Made by a program: the position numbers and the translations under genes
Shown: one piece after another, positions 1-13,804 of the stretch
Layout of the letters: the number at the start of each line of letters is the position of its first letter
How positions within the stretch are numbered: position 1 is the stretch's first letter
Assembly: GCF_006345805.1 (NCBI RefSeq)
Contig: NC_043008.1
Coordinates: 74,276,001 to 74,340,000 of the forward strand
DNA length: 64,000 nt
DNA from: Octopus sinensis
Lineage: Eukaryota
Reading direction: 5' to 3'
Notes under the pieces: model-generated
Told to the model about the DNA's origin: nothing
Databases searched by the model: none
The model's input: the letters and a program-made list of their open reading frames with translations, nothing else

Positions 1-429
1 TACTTTACATGTTTTTTGCTTAAGGTAGTATTTAAAGGAGTCAAAGACAGAAAGAGCATGTACAAATGCAGCTATAGCCTACCTACTGCCATCATTGCTC
101 CCAAAACTTACATATAATTCTTCACCGGCTCTCATTTGGCAGACCCACAACAGCATTTATAATCTTCAGAATACACAAGTTTGCAGCAGCTGTTCCGGAT
201 TCATGGTGCTATTAGCACCAGTCAATTAAATCATACAAGTAATTGCGTATTTATTATTGTTCTTATTATCCGGCATAATTACTTCTAGTATTGTGGATTG
301 GCTTATGCAGTTGAACGCCGGTCATACACGACTGGATGTCATGTATCCTCGTGACTCCCCTCCTCCTTTACCGTCTCAACCTCCTCTCCTCCTTCTCATA
401 CCCATCACCATCATCGAGCCCACAAGCTT

Positions 430-630
430 GTTGGTAGATCGGGCCAAAATTCTTTGCAGTATTTTCTTCCGAGTTTTTACAGTCTAAGCTCAAATACTAC
501 GTGGTTGACTTTGCCTTTCATCCTTTCGGAGTCGATAACATAAATTCCAGTCGAGAAATTTGGTCGGTCTAATCGACTATCTGCACATAAACCCCAAATT
601 TCAAGCTTGTGCCTATAGGAGAAAGGTTTA
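430..630 (+). mobile_element. tRNA-derived SINE, family C (degenerate copy), followed by an (ATT)n tail
   Basis: Core GACTTTGCCTTTCATCCTTTCGGAGTCGATAA...CCAAATTTCAAGCTTGTGCC recurs about 8 times in the window on both strands. Confidence 0.75.
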
Positions 631-697
631 TTATTATTACTCTTATGATTATTATTGTTGTTGTTGTCGTCGTCGTCATCATCAGCATCATCATCAC

Positions 698-763
<66 letters not shown>

Positions 764-781
764 AATTGTTGTTATTATTAC
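628..781. repeat. Compound (ATT)n/(GTT)n/(CAT)n microsatellite
   Basis: Directly visible; it explains the poly-I/N/Y ORFs at 477-808. Confidence 0.95.
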
Positions 782-1915
782 AACGGTTGAAGACCAAAAG
801 TAAAGCAAGTTTGAAATAACAATATAATATTATTGACCATAATTACAAACCGCAATATAATATTATTACAGATGAAAGACAGCTAATAAAAGCAATGATA
901 GAAGTAAAATTATTTCAGATTATATTTCCTACTTTATTACTCCAGTTTTCATATTCTTCACTATTCATACCCTTGTAGAATAGTGTTACAATTAATCAGA
1001 TTATTGGTGGTGACAAATAATATTACGCACATATATATAAGTTGATTGTGCTTTTGTTTCATCAAAATGTTCATCAACTTGCCAAAGAACTTGCAAATAT
1101 TTGGATAAACTTACGTTAGAAATAAAGAATAAGTTAATGTGTTACGTCTTATAGAAAATGAAAATGGTATCAAAGTTTAAAGCATTCGTTCAAGAAAGAG
1201 CAAAGAGAGTTTTAAAAAGATTTTTAAAAAGAAAGAAATATTTGTGTGAGTTCTTTCAAAATGCTAGAGTAACAGTGTTATTCTTTCAAAGTTTATCATA
1301 GTTTATACTAAGTTATACATGCTGACGCCCACATCGTTACTTTCACTAAAAACGTCATTTTCTACATCAATGTGCCATTTTACAACATCAATCGGTCTTC
1401 AGATATTAAATAAGTTTTGGAAACAAATATATTTGTTATGGCTCAGTTTACAACATATGTCGAAATATTTAGTTAAATAAGGAGCAATGGGGATAGATTT
1501 ACGTGAAATTCGTAATTTTTCATTGAATGTAAATATGCAATCTTGATTTCTAATATCCTAAACATATTACTATGTAGTCCTGCCTGTGGTGAGCGAAGAA
1601 TGGCTGCTAAGGACTAAAATACAATGTTAATATTCCACTATTAACTGAAACTGAAATACTGTGTTAAAGTCATTGTTTCTAAGACTAAGATGTGTGAACC
1701 CAAGCACTTATCGTACATGCATGCACACATACATATCTACATACATGTATACATACATACATAAATACATACACAGATACATAAAGAGAAAGATATATAA
1801 GAATAAATATATAGACACACAGATAGATAAATAGACAAATAGATCGATTGATAGATTGATACACAAACAAATAGATAGACACGGATATAAATATATCAGA
1901 AAACTGGAAACGGGA

Positions 1916-2093
1916 ACTCCGGAGTAAAGGTTTGGGAAATTTTCCACTTTAGTACACATTAGGACGTTGATAATAATGGTTAATGATAATAAGCAGGTTA
2001 GTCACTCCGGAGTAAAGGTTTGGGAAATTTTCCCCTTTAGTACACATTAGTACGTTGATAATAATGGTTAATGATAATAAGCAGGTTAGTCAC
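1916..2093. repeat. 88-bp tandem duplication (2 copies)
   Basis: ACTCCGGAGTAAAGGTTTGGGAAATTTTCC...GCAGGTTAGTC starts at 1916 and at 2004, with only about 2 mismatches. Confidence 0.9.
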
Positions 2094-2481
2094 AAAAGAT
2101 GAAGGAATTGTTCTTTAGTTATTTATGTACAGGAGCAGAATGCCTTCTAATTTTGTAAAGCAGCAGTGGTTCCAGGTTTTGGATTTGATCAATGTTAAGG
2201 TTATTTCCAACAAGAAATTTTCAGAGACGTCTCATTGTGTTTTCATTTCATTTACAACTTCCTGGGTCATTGTATCAAGTTTTATAAATGACATCATCTC
2301 ACCTGGTAGATTTGAACAATCAGAGTATGTCCTGTACACACTGATAATTAGGAATACACACGCACGCACACACACATACTTATATTTATGTCATTTGTTT
2401 GTATAAAATAAATTGAATTGAATTCATAATTGCTCAATTTATTGTTTTGTTTTTCTATTTCTGATTTATATTTATATACAT

Positions 2482-3000
2482 ATCAGGTCATCCCAGAAGT
2501 TCTGTCCGAATTTTGAATAAAGAAAACAAGTGATCAAATGTTAATATTTAATTGAAATTTAATCATCAATGTACTTTCCCTGATTATCTATGACTTCCTC
2601 TTATTTACGAGCTTTTTAAACCCATCAATGTAAAACTCTTTTGGTTTCAAAGTGAAGAACTCTGAAATGGCAGTTTCGACCTCCTCCTGGCTTGCGAAAG
2701 TTATGTCCCCAAATGAATCTGTAAACTACGAAACAAATGGTAGTCTGAAGGAGCAAGTTCGGGAGAATAAGGTGGATGAGGAATTTTTTCCCAACCAAGC
2801 TCTTCGATCTTCTGTGATGTGATCTTTGCAATGTCCTGATGAAACATCACTCCTTTTTGATTCCCTAAAGCGGGTCTTTTTTTCTTCAAAGCTTGGTTCA
2901 AACGCTCTAATTGCTGACAGTAGACTTGAGCAATGATTGTTGCATTAGGTGGTAACAATTCAAAGTAAATTACTCCTTTGCAATCCCTACAACTCAACAT
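2482..3000 (-). mobile_element. Mariner (DD34D) transposon, 3' half, decayed
   Basis: ORF 2701-3114 contains DCKGVIYFELLP, YCQQLERL, FHQD and WEKIPHPPYSPELAPSDYHLF (the mariner YSPDLAPxD motif). A TIR-like end follows TA at about 2482. Confidence 0.9.
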
Positions 3001-3004
3001 CCAC

Positions 3005-3610
3005 GATCTCCGATATCGCAAACTAAAAAAGGATTTACAATCAAAAGCCCTACCATACATCTCAGCACAAAACCCCCTAAACAATGATGCCTTCGGCACC
3101 ATCCTCCAGAACATTCCTTTACTAAAATGGGACCATAGAATGAATCAAGTCCTCCAAACTTACACCATCATAAAGAGGAAAAGACAAACCTTAGTCAATG
3201 AAAAGTCTTCTAACACAATCCCAAGCACACTCGTCAACAACATCGAAACCGACAGTAAAATAATGCGGAAGACTTAATTGGGGTATATGCGTCAACCTAA
3301 TTGAGGGATCGGAGTTCTTCAAAGAAGTTCAACTTTTTACAGTGAAACACTTCACATGTGCTTCAGAAAACCTAATATATGTTTTAACTTGCTCAGAGTG
3401 GCGAGGGCAATCCCCTGGTCAAACTAAAAACAGTATACACCAGAGGATGTCCGTACCTTGATCCCAGATTAAAAAACGGTAATGCCGACATTTTGCGCAA
3501 CTAATGAACAACTTAACTTCAGAATTTTTTCCCCTCTATAAATTTAGGGACAATGCTACCTATAATCAGCACATCAGCAAAGAATCATATTTTATCGCAA
3601 AATATAAACA
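3005..3610 (+). mobile_element. Penelope-like element, GIY-YIG endonuclease remnant
   Basis: Frame from 3264 reads CGRLNWGICVNL...FTCASENLIYVLTCSEWRGQSPGQT, a decayed version of the PLE Cys linker plus NxIY...CxxC...YIGxT. A downstream segment reads SKESYFIAKYK. Confidence 0.7.
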
Positions 3611-5059
3611 TATTTTGATTGTTTCCACCACAGATGATACTACTACAAGTATCATAGGATAATAATCACGCAAATATTAAAAACGATAGATATATTAAGA
3701 GCAGCCCTTGAATTTATTTAGAACAGTTCCTACCACTACTGCTACTACCAAAGTAGGTTACTTTTAGGTCACTTGACCATTAAAGTAGATTCCACGGACA
3801 GCTCTACTGCTGGGCCATACCACTCCCGTCTTTTTCTTTTCTCCCTTTTTCTTCTTTTTCTTCTTTTCTTCTTTTTCTTCTTTTCTTCTTTTTCTTCTTT
3901 TCTTCTTTTTCTTCTTCTTCTCCTAGTTCTTCTCTTCTTACTTCTCCCGAAACGGTACTAACCTTATATATAATGCCATCTGTGTCTATATTATTGAACT
4001 ATTGCTAATCCATCAATTTCCTCGCATTACACACACGACACCTATTTTATGTAGCTTCCTGCTTTGTTTAGTATCTAAACAGGAAACACTAAATGAGGGT
4101 TCTATGTAATTTTAATTTACACCAAGGTCCTAGCATATCATTGAGAACACTTTCTGATTGCAAAGACTTACATCAGGGGCCACCTTCCAAAATTGTTTGA
4201 ATGTCATTGCATGATAAATGTCAATTGGTTTTTAATTATTTACAAGTAGGAATTTGGTACAAAATAAACTTATGGAACACCAGTCCTCCATTCTTCCACT
4301 ATTTTTCATCAGTTTACAGATGTTAACAAACCTTCAGTCAGTTAAAAACAACTTCTAATAATTTCACTAATCTTTTATAATACCACCAAATTATCGACCG
4401 TTGTTGTTACATTTACCCATTTGCTGCCAAATACCTAATTTCTAATCTTGGACATGGATCCTTTCCTGGGTGGTGTCTGTTAGATCTGGCTGAGCATTGA
4501 ACTCGTGACGGGCAGGATCATTACTTACTGAAGTAACTGAAACACTACCCGCTACACACACATATAATATAGATGCACTGCCATTAAATTTGTAGAGATA
4601 TTGCCCTCTTAATTTTTCTGTAATGGTGTATGATATCTTTATTAACATCAAACAAACTCTCTCTTAGAACATATACAAAACAATTATAAAAACGTCTCCC
4701 AAAAGAATGAGATCAAACAGTTATGTGATCTACATCTCTCAGATAACAGATAATTCAGTGTGCTTTATCGTTAAATGAAGTGAAAGTGTAACTTAGAAAA
4801 TTAAATTTAGCTAATAAAATCTTTTTACCTTTGACCCTTTAAAATCAATTGATGTCACTTGTATGTATCTATCTATAGAACTAGCATATGATGTGAGTTA
4901 AAATACGATTTCATTACTAGTTGCCCGTAACCTTTTACACAACAGTGTTTTGAGATGCAATATCCAAAATGTGCCGCGGAGGAAACAATAATGAAACAAG
5001 GGTTACTAAAAATTGATTAAAATTAAAGCAGATTAGTTCCTAAGAATATGAAGACCAGT

Positions 5060-6695
5060 GAGTCACCACGTTGGGTTTCTCAACAAAAGTGCGCCTTCAG
5101 AATATGATGGCACACTTCTGACGAAGGAGCCCAAGGAAGTAGCTCGCTGGGCATCGGAATTTGAGGAGTTGTATGAGGTGGACCACCTAGTACTGATCTG
5201 AATACCACAATATATTCAGCACTGGTGATCGACCACAGTCACTCAGCCGTGATCATTCAACAGGAGACGAGATTTGTACAGCAGTAACTCAGCCAAAGGG
5301 ATAGAAGGCAACCGGTGTTGGTGGAATTCATGGAGAGATGGTCAAGAAAGTTGGGCCTACTGCAGCGTTGGTCTTTCGGCAGATCATCTGCTCAATCTGG
5401 AGCAGCAGCATCATACCGAATGACAAGAAGTGGGATTCAAGTATCCCACACCGGAAAGGTAAATGTAACCACACGAGTACAACAATTATAAGGTTGCTAC
5501 ACTCCTCTCACAGCTCGGTAAAGTCTTCTGAAAGGAATACAAACTCATCAGCTTGCATCTCAGCAACCGGAGCAGTCAGGGTTTATGCCAAAGAGAGCAA
5601 CTACTGACAGGATCCTGACTATTCATGTACTCATCGTTCGCAAGCGGAGTTTTCTGCAGGGGTTGCGTGCAGCCTATGTCGATCTTCGCCAGGCGTATGA
5701 CTCGGTAGACTGGGTTGTTCTCTGGAGGATTCTCGAGCTGCGAGATATACCGCCTCTACTGATTGGGTTGATGATGGTATTGTACACTGGGACAGTCAGT
5801 GCAGTTCGGATTGGGAACTAACCATCTGATTTTCCCCAATTTAGGCCTGGGGTTCTTCAGGATTGGGTCTTCGCTCCCATTCTGTTCAATGCTTGACCGA
5901 ATGTTGGCTCGATCGAGTTGTGATACATTGGTCAAACTAGGATTACTAATGTAGATTTTGCTGATATCTTAAGCAGAGCTCTCCTTTCACTGAGTAAGGA
6001 AGTGGAACCACTTAACCTCAGAGTCTCTTAGGTCAAGACGAATATCTAGTCATTTGTTAGCTTCTTGAAGATCCACCTCGTTTGTTTCAGTTGCAGGTGA
6101 GTATGTTGAAGTTGCTGACCACTTCACTTGTCTCAGCAGAGAGGTTCATATCGGCTTTAACTGCGAGTCTAAAGTCCTATAAAGACTTGGACAAGCTGGT
6201 GCAGTTGTGGACTCATTAGATAAGAGTGCTTGATGCTGCCGATATCTGAGCAGGAGGACAAAGTTTCAAGTCTTTAGATCTCTGATCCTCCCAGTCTTGC
6301 TCAATAGTTGTGAGAGTTGGAGAACTCCTTTGGTACCAGGATGCTTTGAAGGATTATGGGTTACCATTGGTTGGATTTCGTATCCAAACAACTGCTCTGC
6401 TCAGAAACTGGAATGCGTCTTGTTACAGTCTGATTCGGGAGTGCCAGTTCAAATCGTTTGGCCTTGCGGTTCAATTTTCCGATTTAGACACTTCTTAGCG
6501 TGTTCACTTCACTTGCAATCCAACTGAGTTAACAACTCCAGCTGGTCGACCATATGCAACATGGTTTTGGCAAATGAGGAGATATCTAGCGAAGATGGGA
6601 ACAGACTGAGCCCGACGGGTCGTTCGGAATTTACCAACTAATGGTGGATGCAGTAATTCACTGCAACGACACATGCCCCACATCTGACCTGATCT
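5060..6695 (+). mobile_element. RTE-clade LINE, 5'-truncated, RT domain with frameshifts and stops
   Basis: Fragments: EVARWASEFEELY, KATGVGGIHGEMVK, EQSGFMPKRATTDRIL, AAYVDLRQAYDSVD, GVLQ-x-LAPILFN, VDFAD, and a GRP-type C-terminus. Confidence 0.85.
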
Positions 6696-7359
6696 TAAAA
6701 CCTTATTTATGGAGTTTATTGATTTCACTTCATCGATATTTTGCTAAATTTAAGAAACCAAACTAAAGAGCCTAACTTAAATATTTAAATCTCATTTACG
6801 TACTCACATACAATAAAACAATTTGTAAGATATAAATTATACACCCAAGTAGTAGTGTATGTTGTCTCCTATTTGTACCCAATCTTCCGATCGTTTTATC
6901 TCTTTTCATCATTATAAACACTTCTGCTTATCATAGTGTTAGTTGTAGATTTCTTTACTCACTCAACATGCAGGTTTGAATTATGAAAAAAACTTATATA
7001 TACTGAGTATATGTCGGTGTAAATCATAACATTTTGAACTCTGCTGTTGGACTTTGATATACAAAATATCGTTGGTTATGGATAAAAGTTCATATTAACC
7101 ACTTTGGTGAGAGATGATCTAATCACAGAAAAGAGATTTATGAAACATCAAAAATCGTGAATGATATACAACATAGATCCAATAATTGATACATTATATA
7201 AATCAATTTCAATACTAATAGGTGTCACAGCTTTCATAGGAATCATAAATTAATAGACCATAAATTATACACATAGCACTGTAATACAAGCCATAGATTA
7301 TGGAGTGCAATATCTTAAATCTATAACAGATTTTAGATTATGGATGATGACAGAGATCA

Positions 7360-7880
7360 TTCTACCGTCTCATTCTGTTGCTTCGGATGGGTAACCTAGA
7401 TCACAACCACACTTTCTCCCCGAGTATTCTTGTCTTTCATGACATGTTGAGTCCTTCTAATGGTAACCTGTTATCACGATAGAGATGATCAATGTACACC
7501 TTTCTGGGTCGTCCGACATGGGAATTACCATGATTCGGAATTCACTGAAGGGGTTCACTAAATCATTCATTCATTTGGGAGTTGAGGACAAGGTATGCTG
7601 GACACAGAGATCGCAGGATATCTAAAGCATAAGGTCGTCCATTTGAATGTATGATACGATAGTTGGAGATCACATATTTACAGTGTCGTATATAGTAAAT
7701 GGTAGCTCATCGTTTATAGAGATCTATACATTTAAAACAGGAAAGTAATAATGAACAGGGCAATATTTTATAATAGATCGTGGGTCATTATAACAATATT
7801 AAAGATCCCATGCGCATAAACTGTATCAATTCCTTTTCCTAAACACTGGCTCTAGCTGTAAATTGCTGGTTCGACGTGTA
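7360..7880 (-). mobile_element. Highly decayed RTE-like LINE 3' fragment
   Basis: Minus-strand peptides LGKGIDTVYAH (compare LxKRIDGxYTRM) and VGRPRKVYIDHL. Confidence 0.4.
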
Positions 7881-8014
7881 ATATCACTAAAGTTGTTTCA
7901 CTAAAGAGTTTCCATACAGTAATTTAATGCAAGGAACAGTAGCCAAATTCTTCAAAGATTATATATACATTAGCGTCTGACAAATGAAGTAAAAAATTGT
8001 ATAATATGTATATA

Positions 8015-8410
8015 GGCGCAGGAGTGGCTGTGTGGTAAGTAGCTTGCTAACCAACCACATGGTTCCGCGTTCAGTCCCACTGTGAGGCATCTTGGGCAAG
8101 TGTCTTCTGCTATAGCCCCGGGCCGACCAATGCCTTGTGAGTGGATTTGGTAGACGGAAACTGAAAGAAGCCTGTCGTATATATGTATATATATATGTAT
8201 GTGTGTGTGTGTGTGTTTGTGTGTCTGTGTTTGTCCCCCTAGCATTGCTTGACAACCAATGCTGGTGTGGTTACTTCCCCGTCATTTAGCGGTTCGGCAA
8301 AAGAGGCCGATAGAATAAGTGCTGGGCTTATAAAGAATAAGTCCCGGGGTCAATTTGCTCGACAAATGGCCGCAGTCAAATGACTGAAACAAGTAAAAGA
8401 GTAAAAGAGT
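8015..8410 (+). mobile_element. tRNA-derived SINE, family A, near full length
   Basis: A-box-like TGGCTGTGTGGTAAG, B-box-like GTTCAGTCCC, internal (TA)/(TG) tract and (AGTAAAAG)n tail. Five copies are present in the window. Confidence 0.9.
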
Positions 8411-8434
8411 AAGAAAGAGTATAATCTCTCTTTC

Positions 8435-8826
8435 CTCTTTTACTCTTTTACTTGTTTCAGTCATTTGACTGCGGCCATGCTGGAGCACCGCCTTTAGTCG
8501 AGCAAATCGATCCCGGGACTTATTCTTTGTAAGCCCAGTACTTATTCTATCGGTATCTTTTGCCGAACCGCTAAGTGACGGGGACGTAAACACACCAGCA
8601 ATGCTAGGGGACAAACACAGACACACAATCACACACACACACATATATATATATACATATATACGACAGGCTTCTTTCAGTTTCCGTCTACCAAATCCAC
8701 TCACAAGGCATTGGTCGGCCCGGGGCTATAGCAGAAGACACTTGCCCAAGATGCCACGCAGTGGGACTGAACCCGCAACCATGCGGTTGGTTAGCAAGCT
8801 ACTTACCACACAGCCACTCCTACGCC
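8435..8826 (-). mobile_element. tRNA-derived SINE, family A, full length, inverted relative to 8015-8410
   Basis: Reverse complement of the adjacent copy, arranged tail to tail. Confidence 0.9.
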
Positions 8827-9045
8827 TATAATGAAGTATTCAATATAAAATTTCAAGAGAGAAGGTGGTTATGACTGATTGGGGAAGAATTTTCAAGAGT
8901 TATATAAGACAGCAGCAATAAGAAGAGCTTTGGCACTAGCACCAGCAGCAATAGCAACAGCAACAACAACCACAGCAATAAGGAGCATGCTAGGAGATTC
9001 CTATGATCATATGTTCTGTATTGTGATCCTGTTTGAAAAAAATGA

Positions 9046-9073
9046 TGTAGTAGTAGTAGTAGTAGTAGTAGTT

Positions 9074-9135
<62 letters not shown>

Positions 9136-9205
9136 GGCGGCGGCGGTGGTGGTGGCGGTGGAGGTGTTGGTGGTGTTGGTGGTGGTAGCAGTAGTAGTAG
9201 TAGTA

Positions 9206-9257
<52 letters not shown>

Positions 9258-9311
9258 GGCGGCGGCGGTGGTGGTGGCGGTGGAGGTGTTGGTGGTGTTG
9301 GTGGTGGTAGC

Positions 9312-9365
<54 letters not shown>

Positions 9366-9393
9366 TACAGTAGTAGTAGTAGTAGTAGTAGTA
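9046..9393. repeat. (GTA)n/(GTG)n compound microsatellite with an internal ~121-bp higher-order duplication
   Basis: Block GTGGTGGTGGTGGCGGCGGCGGTGG...GGTAGCAGTAG occurs at about 9125 and 9246. Confidence 0.9.
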
Positions 9394-9839
9394 GGTTTGT
9401 TCCAACTTTCCATGAGCACATGGAAATACTCTTCTTCAGGTGCATGACCCCAGAAACCGAGCAAAGACTCTCTTATTTCTCCCTAAACGTATATCAAAAC
9501 AGATTCTCATTATCTGACAAATCCCCATGGATATATATTGCTTTTGTTCCATTTGTATCGGTAGTTATTTTTCGATGTTTTTTCTTTTTCTTTTTCTTTT
9601 TCCAATGTTTCAAGAAAATTAACGCGTCTATTGTTCGCGTTATGTAAAATGTTTACATTTAATAAAACAATTTTTACTAAACACAAATATGTATTCTCAC
9701 ATTTCAATAGACTAAGACAAAGCATAGACACATCATCTGATTTACATATGCTAATCCATAATTTGGAATTATTCCGTAGCTTTTCATTCTTCTGTTTGTA
9801 ATAAATGTCAAATATTTAAATATCTTTTTTCAACGAGAT

Positions 9840-9854
9840 TATATATACATACAC

Positions 9855-9905
<51 letters not shown>

Positions 9906-10004
9906 ATACATAATATACATATACATATACATATATATAGACACATATATACATCTATATATATATATACATATATATATAGACACATATATACATCTAT
10001 ATAT

Positions 10005-10047
<43 letters not shown>

Positions 10048-10058
10048 AACATATATAA

Positions 10059-10117
<59 letters not shown>

Positions 10118-10142
10118 TGTGTGTGTACATATATACATATAT
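9840..10142. repeat. (TA)n/(TG)n compound microsatellite, representative of many such tracts (e.g. 11070-11210, 11300-11585, 24470-24770, 35850-35960, 36770-37130, 45190-45840, 48650-48820, 51200-51390, 51785-51950, 52960-53095)
   Basis: Directly visible; these tracts produce the YIYI/THTH/CVCV ORFs in the track. Confidence 0.95.
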
Positions 10143-11101
10143 CTACGCAGAAGAGTGTGTAAAGTTTTCTATTAAATTCTTTTCATGAAATTGTAGAAAA
10201 AGAATCAATAGGTTACAGCAGAGATAATGAGGAGAACTAATAATCTTTGAGAGTGAGAACATAGAAAAGATAGCGGTGCATGCCAGCGAGTTGTTGGCAC
10301 CGTTGCTGGCTGGAAATCTAAATTTTATGGAAATTATGTGATTTGAATTATATTTAAATTGGCAAATTTAAAGCTGATCTCGTGTGGAAATACATTATTC
10401 GTTCGATTTGCATGAATAAAATAAATAGATTTAAATAAGTTTGATAAATAAAATGAAAAAAAAGCATAATAAATTCTGTTTATGTAAATCTATAGAATTT
10501 TAATGGCAATTTAGAGTTCCACGTATCTCGCTTACAAAGTCTGGCTATTTAAATAACTCTGACGAATAAGTAGGGATAATTTAATAAGAATGACAGCAAT
10601 GGAATAGTTTGATGCCTCATATATTAAATATGCCTCATATACATAGACAGGCATATAGATACACAGATACGCACGCACACTCACAAGACAGAGACAGATA
10701 TATATGCTTGAATTTGAATGTTATGCTTGAATAACTGTATTACTTTCAGATGTCAGCAGCTAATGTCACCACTGAATATATTTTATATATCATTCTTTAT
10801 GCTACGGTAACAAGTTAAAAAAATTAAGATTCGCTTAATTTAAGTGTACCTTTATATGTCTCATTCTATATGTGTATGTGTATTTGTGTATGTGTTTATA
10901 TATAAGATCATACGGGTTTGTAAATGGGGGTACAGGCACACAATATGTAAAGTATTAGGATAGTAATTTAGGCGCTAGTTTTATGCTTATCATTTGTAAA
11001 TGTATATGTCTGAGAGACACAAAAGTAGTGGAACTATTTTGCAGTTCAAAATTTATAAATAATTAAATATATGTATATATGATACGTGTGTGTGTGTGTA
11101 C

Positions 11102-11161
<60 letters not shown>

Positions 11162-11339
11162 TTGTGTGTGTGTTTGTGTGTGTGTGTATTATATATTATA
11201 TATTATATATAACTTAGAATAACTTAGAAAGGTTTTGGCCAGTATTGACCCAGGCCATGTCTAACTTAATAGCACCACCTGGCGAAGTTTTTAATTCATA
11301 TATATACATATATGTATATATATACATATATATATATAT

Positions 11340-11435
<96 letters not shown>

Positions 11436-11544
11436 GGAAAAAGATTATGGTGTTTAATTAAATAATGATATAAATAATACAAATATAGATATATATGTGT
11501 GTGTGTGCATATATATATACGTATACATATATATATATATACAT

Positions 11545-11589
<45 letters not shown>

Positions 11590-11767
11590 AATTTAATTAA
11601 GCTAATTTAATGATTAATGACACAGAAACGTTGCAACGTCTAAAAGATGAATTGGGGTAAATGTTTTTAAATTTTCACCTAATTTCTGAATTACTACTAC
11701 TTGGCGGTGTGAGTTATGGCTGCTCTTTCTGGTGGACGAATGACCTGTTAGGGTCACTCCTAAATTG

Positions 11768-11819
<52 letters not shown>

Positions 11820-11944
11820 GTATATATACATACATATATATATATACATATATATGGGTACAGGACGTCACCAACAGTAAATAGCTTGAATACGAAACCA
11901 AATGAGTTCAATACGCAAATAAAGAGAGAATTGATGATACCTAA

Positions 11945-12330
11945 AGACGTGCTAGCAGAAGCGTAAGCACGCGTTGCATAATGTTTAGCGACATTTCGCT
12001 GGTCATTATCTTCTGAGTTTAAATTACTTTTCATTATGTCGGGGTCGATGAAATAAATACTAGGTGAGACATAACTCTCCCCTGAAATTTCTGGTTTTGT
12101 CCCAAAATTTGAAAGCTATATAATAGACGAAACTAAAACGCCGACCTAGCAGAATCGTAAATACGCTGAGCAAAATGCTTACCGGCATATCGAGCATCCT
12201 TAAGTTCTGAGTTTAAATTCCGGCGTGGTCGACCTTGCCTTTTAGCATTTCAGGGTCAATAAAATAAGTACTTGGTGAGACATAGCCCTTCTCCAAAAAT
12301 TGCTAGCCTTGTGCCAAAATTTGAAAGCAA
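11945..12330 (+). mobile_element. Two tandem degenerate family C SINE copies
   Basis: GCTAGCAGAA...TCTGAGTTTAAATT...GGGTCGATGAAATAA...CCAAAATTTGAAA occurs at about 11950-12115 and 12145-12330. Confidence 0.7.
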
Positions 12331-13648
12331 TATAAAGGAGATGATACATTTAAGAGATAAACAGAAGTAGAATTAGTTTTTCTTTTTTCTTTTTTCTATG
12401 CGTTTAACTCGCTAAAATTAATCTTCCTCTTGTATTTCGTCACATGGTTTCAAATGAAATATATTATAAATAAATCAAAAGTCGATTGTTTGTCTGTATT
12501 TGTGTTGGGGTGGGGTTGAATGCTCGCGTACATTATGTCTTATTAAAGACGCGCTTCAAAGGTACTCGATCTGAAATTTAAGACATTGTTAAGAAAAATA
12601 TAAATGGAAACCTAGGAGTTAAGACGAGGTTTCTACGCGGGCAACTTTTTAATAGTTGGATTTCAAAGAAACCAATATAAACTGGTGGGTATTGCATGTG
12701 AGCGGTTTGGAAAAGAAAGAAATCAGTTGATAGATAGATAACAAATAGTGAAAGCGAGAACAAGAGAAAGTGAGAGTGAGAGAGAAAGAGAGAGTGTGAG
12801 TGAGAGAGTATGAGTGAGTGAGAGAAAGAGAGAAGGGGGAGAGAGAGAGAGTAAAAATGTTGGAAGTGTTAAGTTTCATCTATTTAAATATTCGTAAATG
12901 AAAAAAATGACGCGAAGAAGAAGACTAGAGAAGGAAGAATAGGATAGAAGGAGAAAAAGAAAGAAATACTGAAAATATGAATACGTAAGAAGAAAGCAAT
13001 CTAGTAATTTATCTATCAGAAAATGTTGGCTGATATAGGTTTTCATAAATTAACCAAAGTCATGATAAGGAATAATAAGAATTAGTACATTGTTTTTGCA
13101 GTCAATTTTTGCAAATGGAAGTCAAATGCAGAAAAGGTAAGTTATTTGTTATGAATACATTATTAAAAATATATACATCAAAATATCAAAAGCAGATTTA
13201 TAACTGATTAAACCATAAGTGCAAAAGTTACCCTTAAATATAGGCCCATTTTTCTTGTCTACACTTAATCTTTAATCTGTTATAAACCTGCTTCTAATAT
13301 TTCTATGAGCATATTTTTAATAACACATTCATATGTAAGTTATCTGCTCCATATTTCCTTTTTGCTTAAACATTCAAATGCACTGTAATACTTCCTTTTA
13401 TTCGTTATCGAAACAATCGATAATTTATGAAGATTTATTTTTACTGATAAATAACTTATTATATTTACACATTTTTCAATCTTCCTTTTTTCTTGTCCCT
13501 TCTTTCTTAATTTATTTCTTTTCTCTTTCTCATTCTTTCGTTTCGAACTCTATTTTTTAACCATCTTTTCCCTACCTTTAACACATATGTCAGAAAATCA
13601 AATTCACCACTGCTCTGAGTTACTCCTTCTGTCTTTGTAAGTACGTAT

Positions 13649-13729
13649 ATATGTATGTATGTATGTTTGTATGTATGTATGTATGTATGTATGTATGTAT
13701 GTATGTATGTATGTATGTATGTATACATG

Positions 13730-13804
<75 letters not shown>

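Noticed and set aside
4200-4651. 69-aa minus-strand ORF as an exon
   Set aside because: HEFNAQ and GKCNNNGR resemble decayed LINE APE motifs (GDFNA, GxxNxNG). It is too degraded to call either way.
8853-9464. 203-aa ORF rich in Thr/Pro/Leu, and the many poly-I/Y/N/F and YIYI/CVCV ORFs across the window
   Set aside because: These are translations of stop-free microsatellites with no complex coding content.
11610-11870. GAAAC-GTTGCAAC-GTC palindrome in a short block between (TA)n tracts
   Set aside because: It resembles hammerhead stem III, but there is no upstream CUGANGA.
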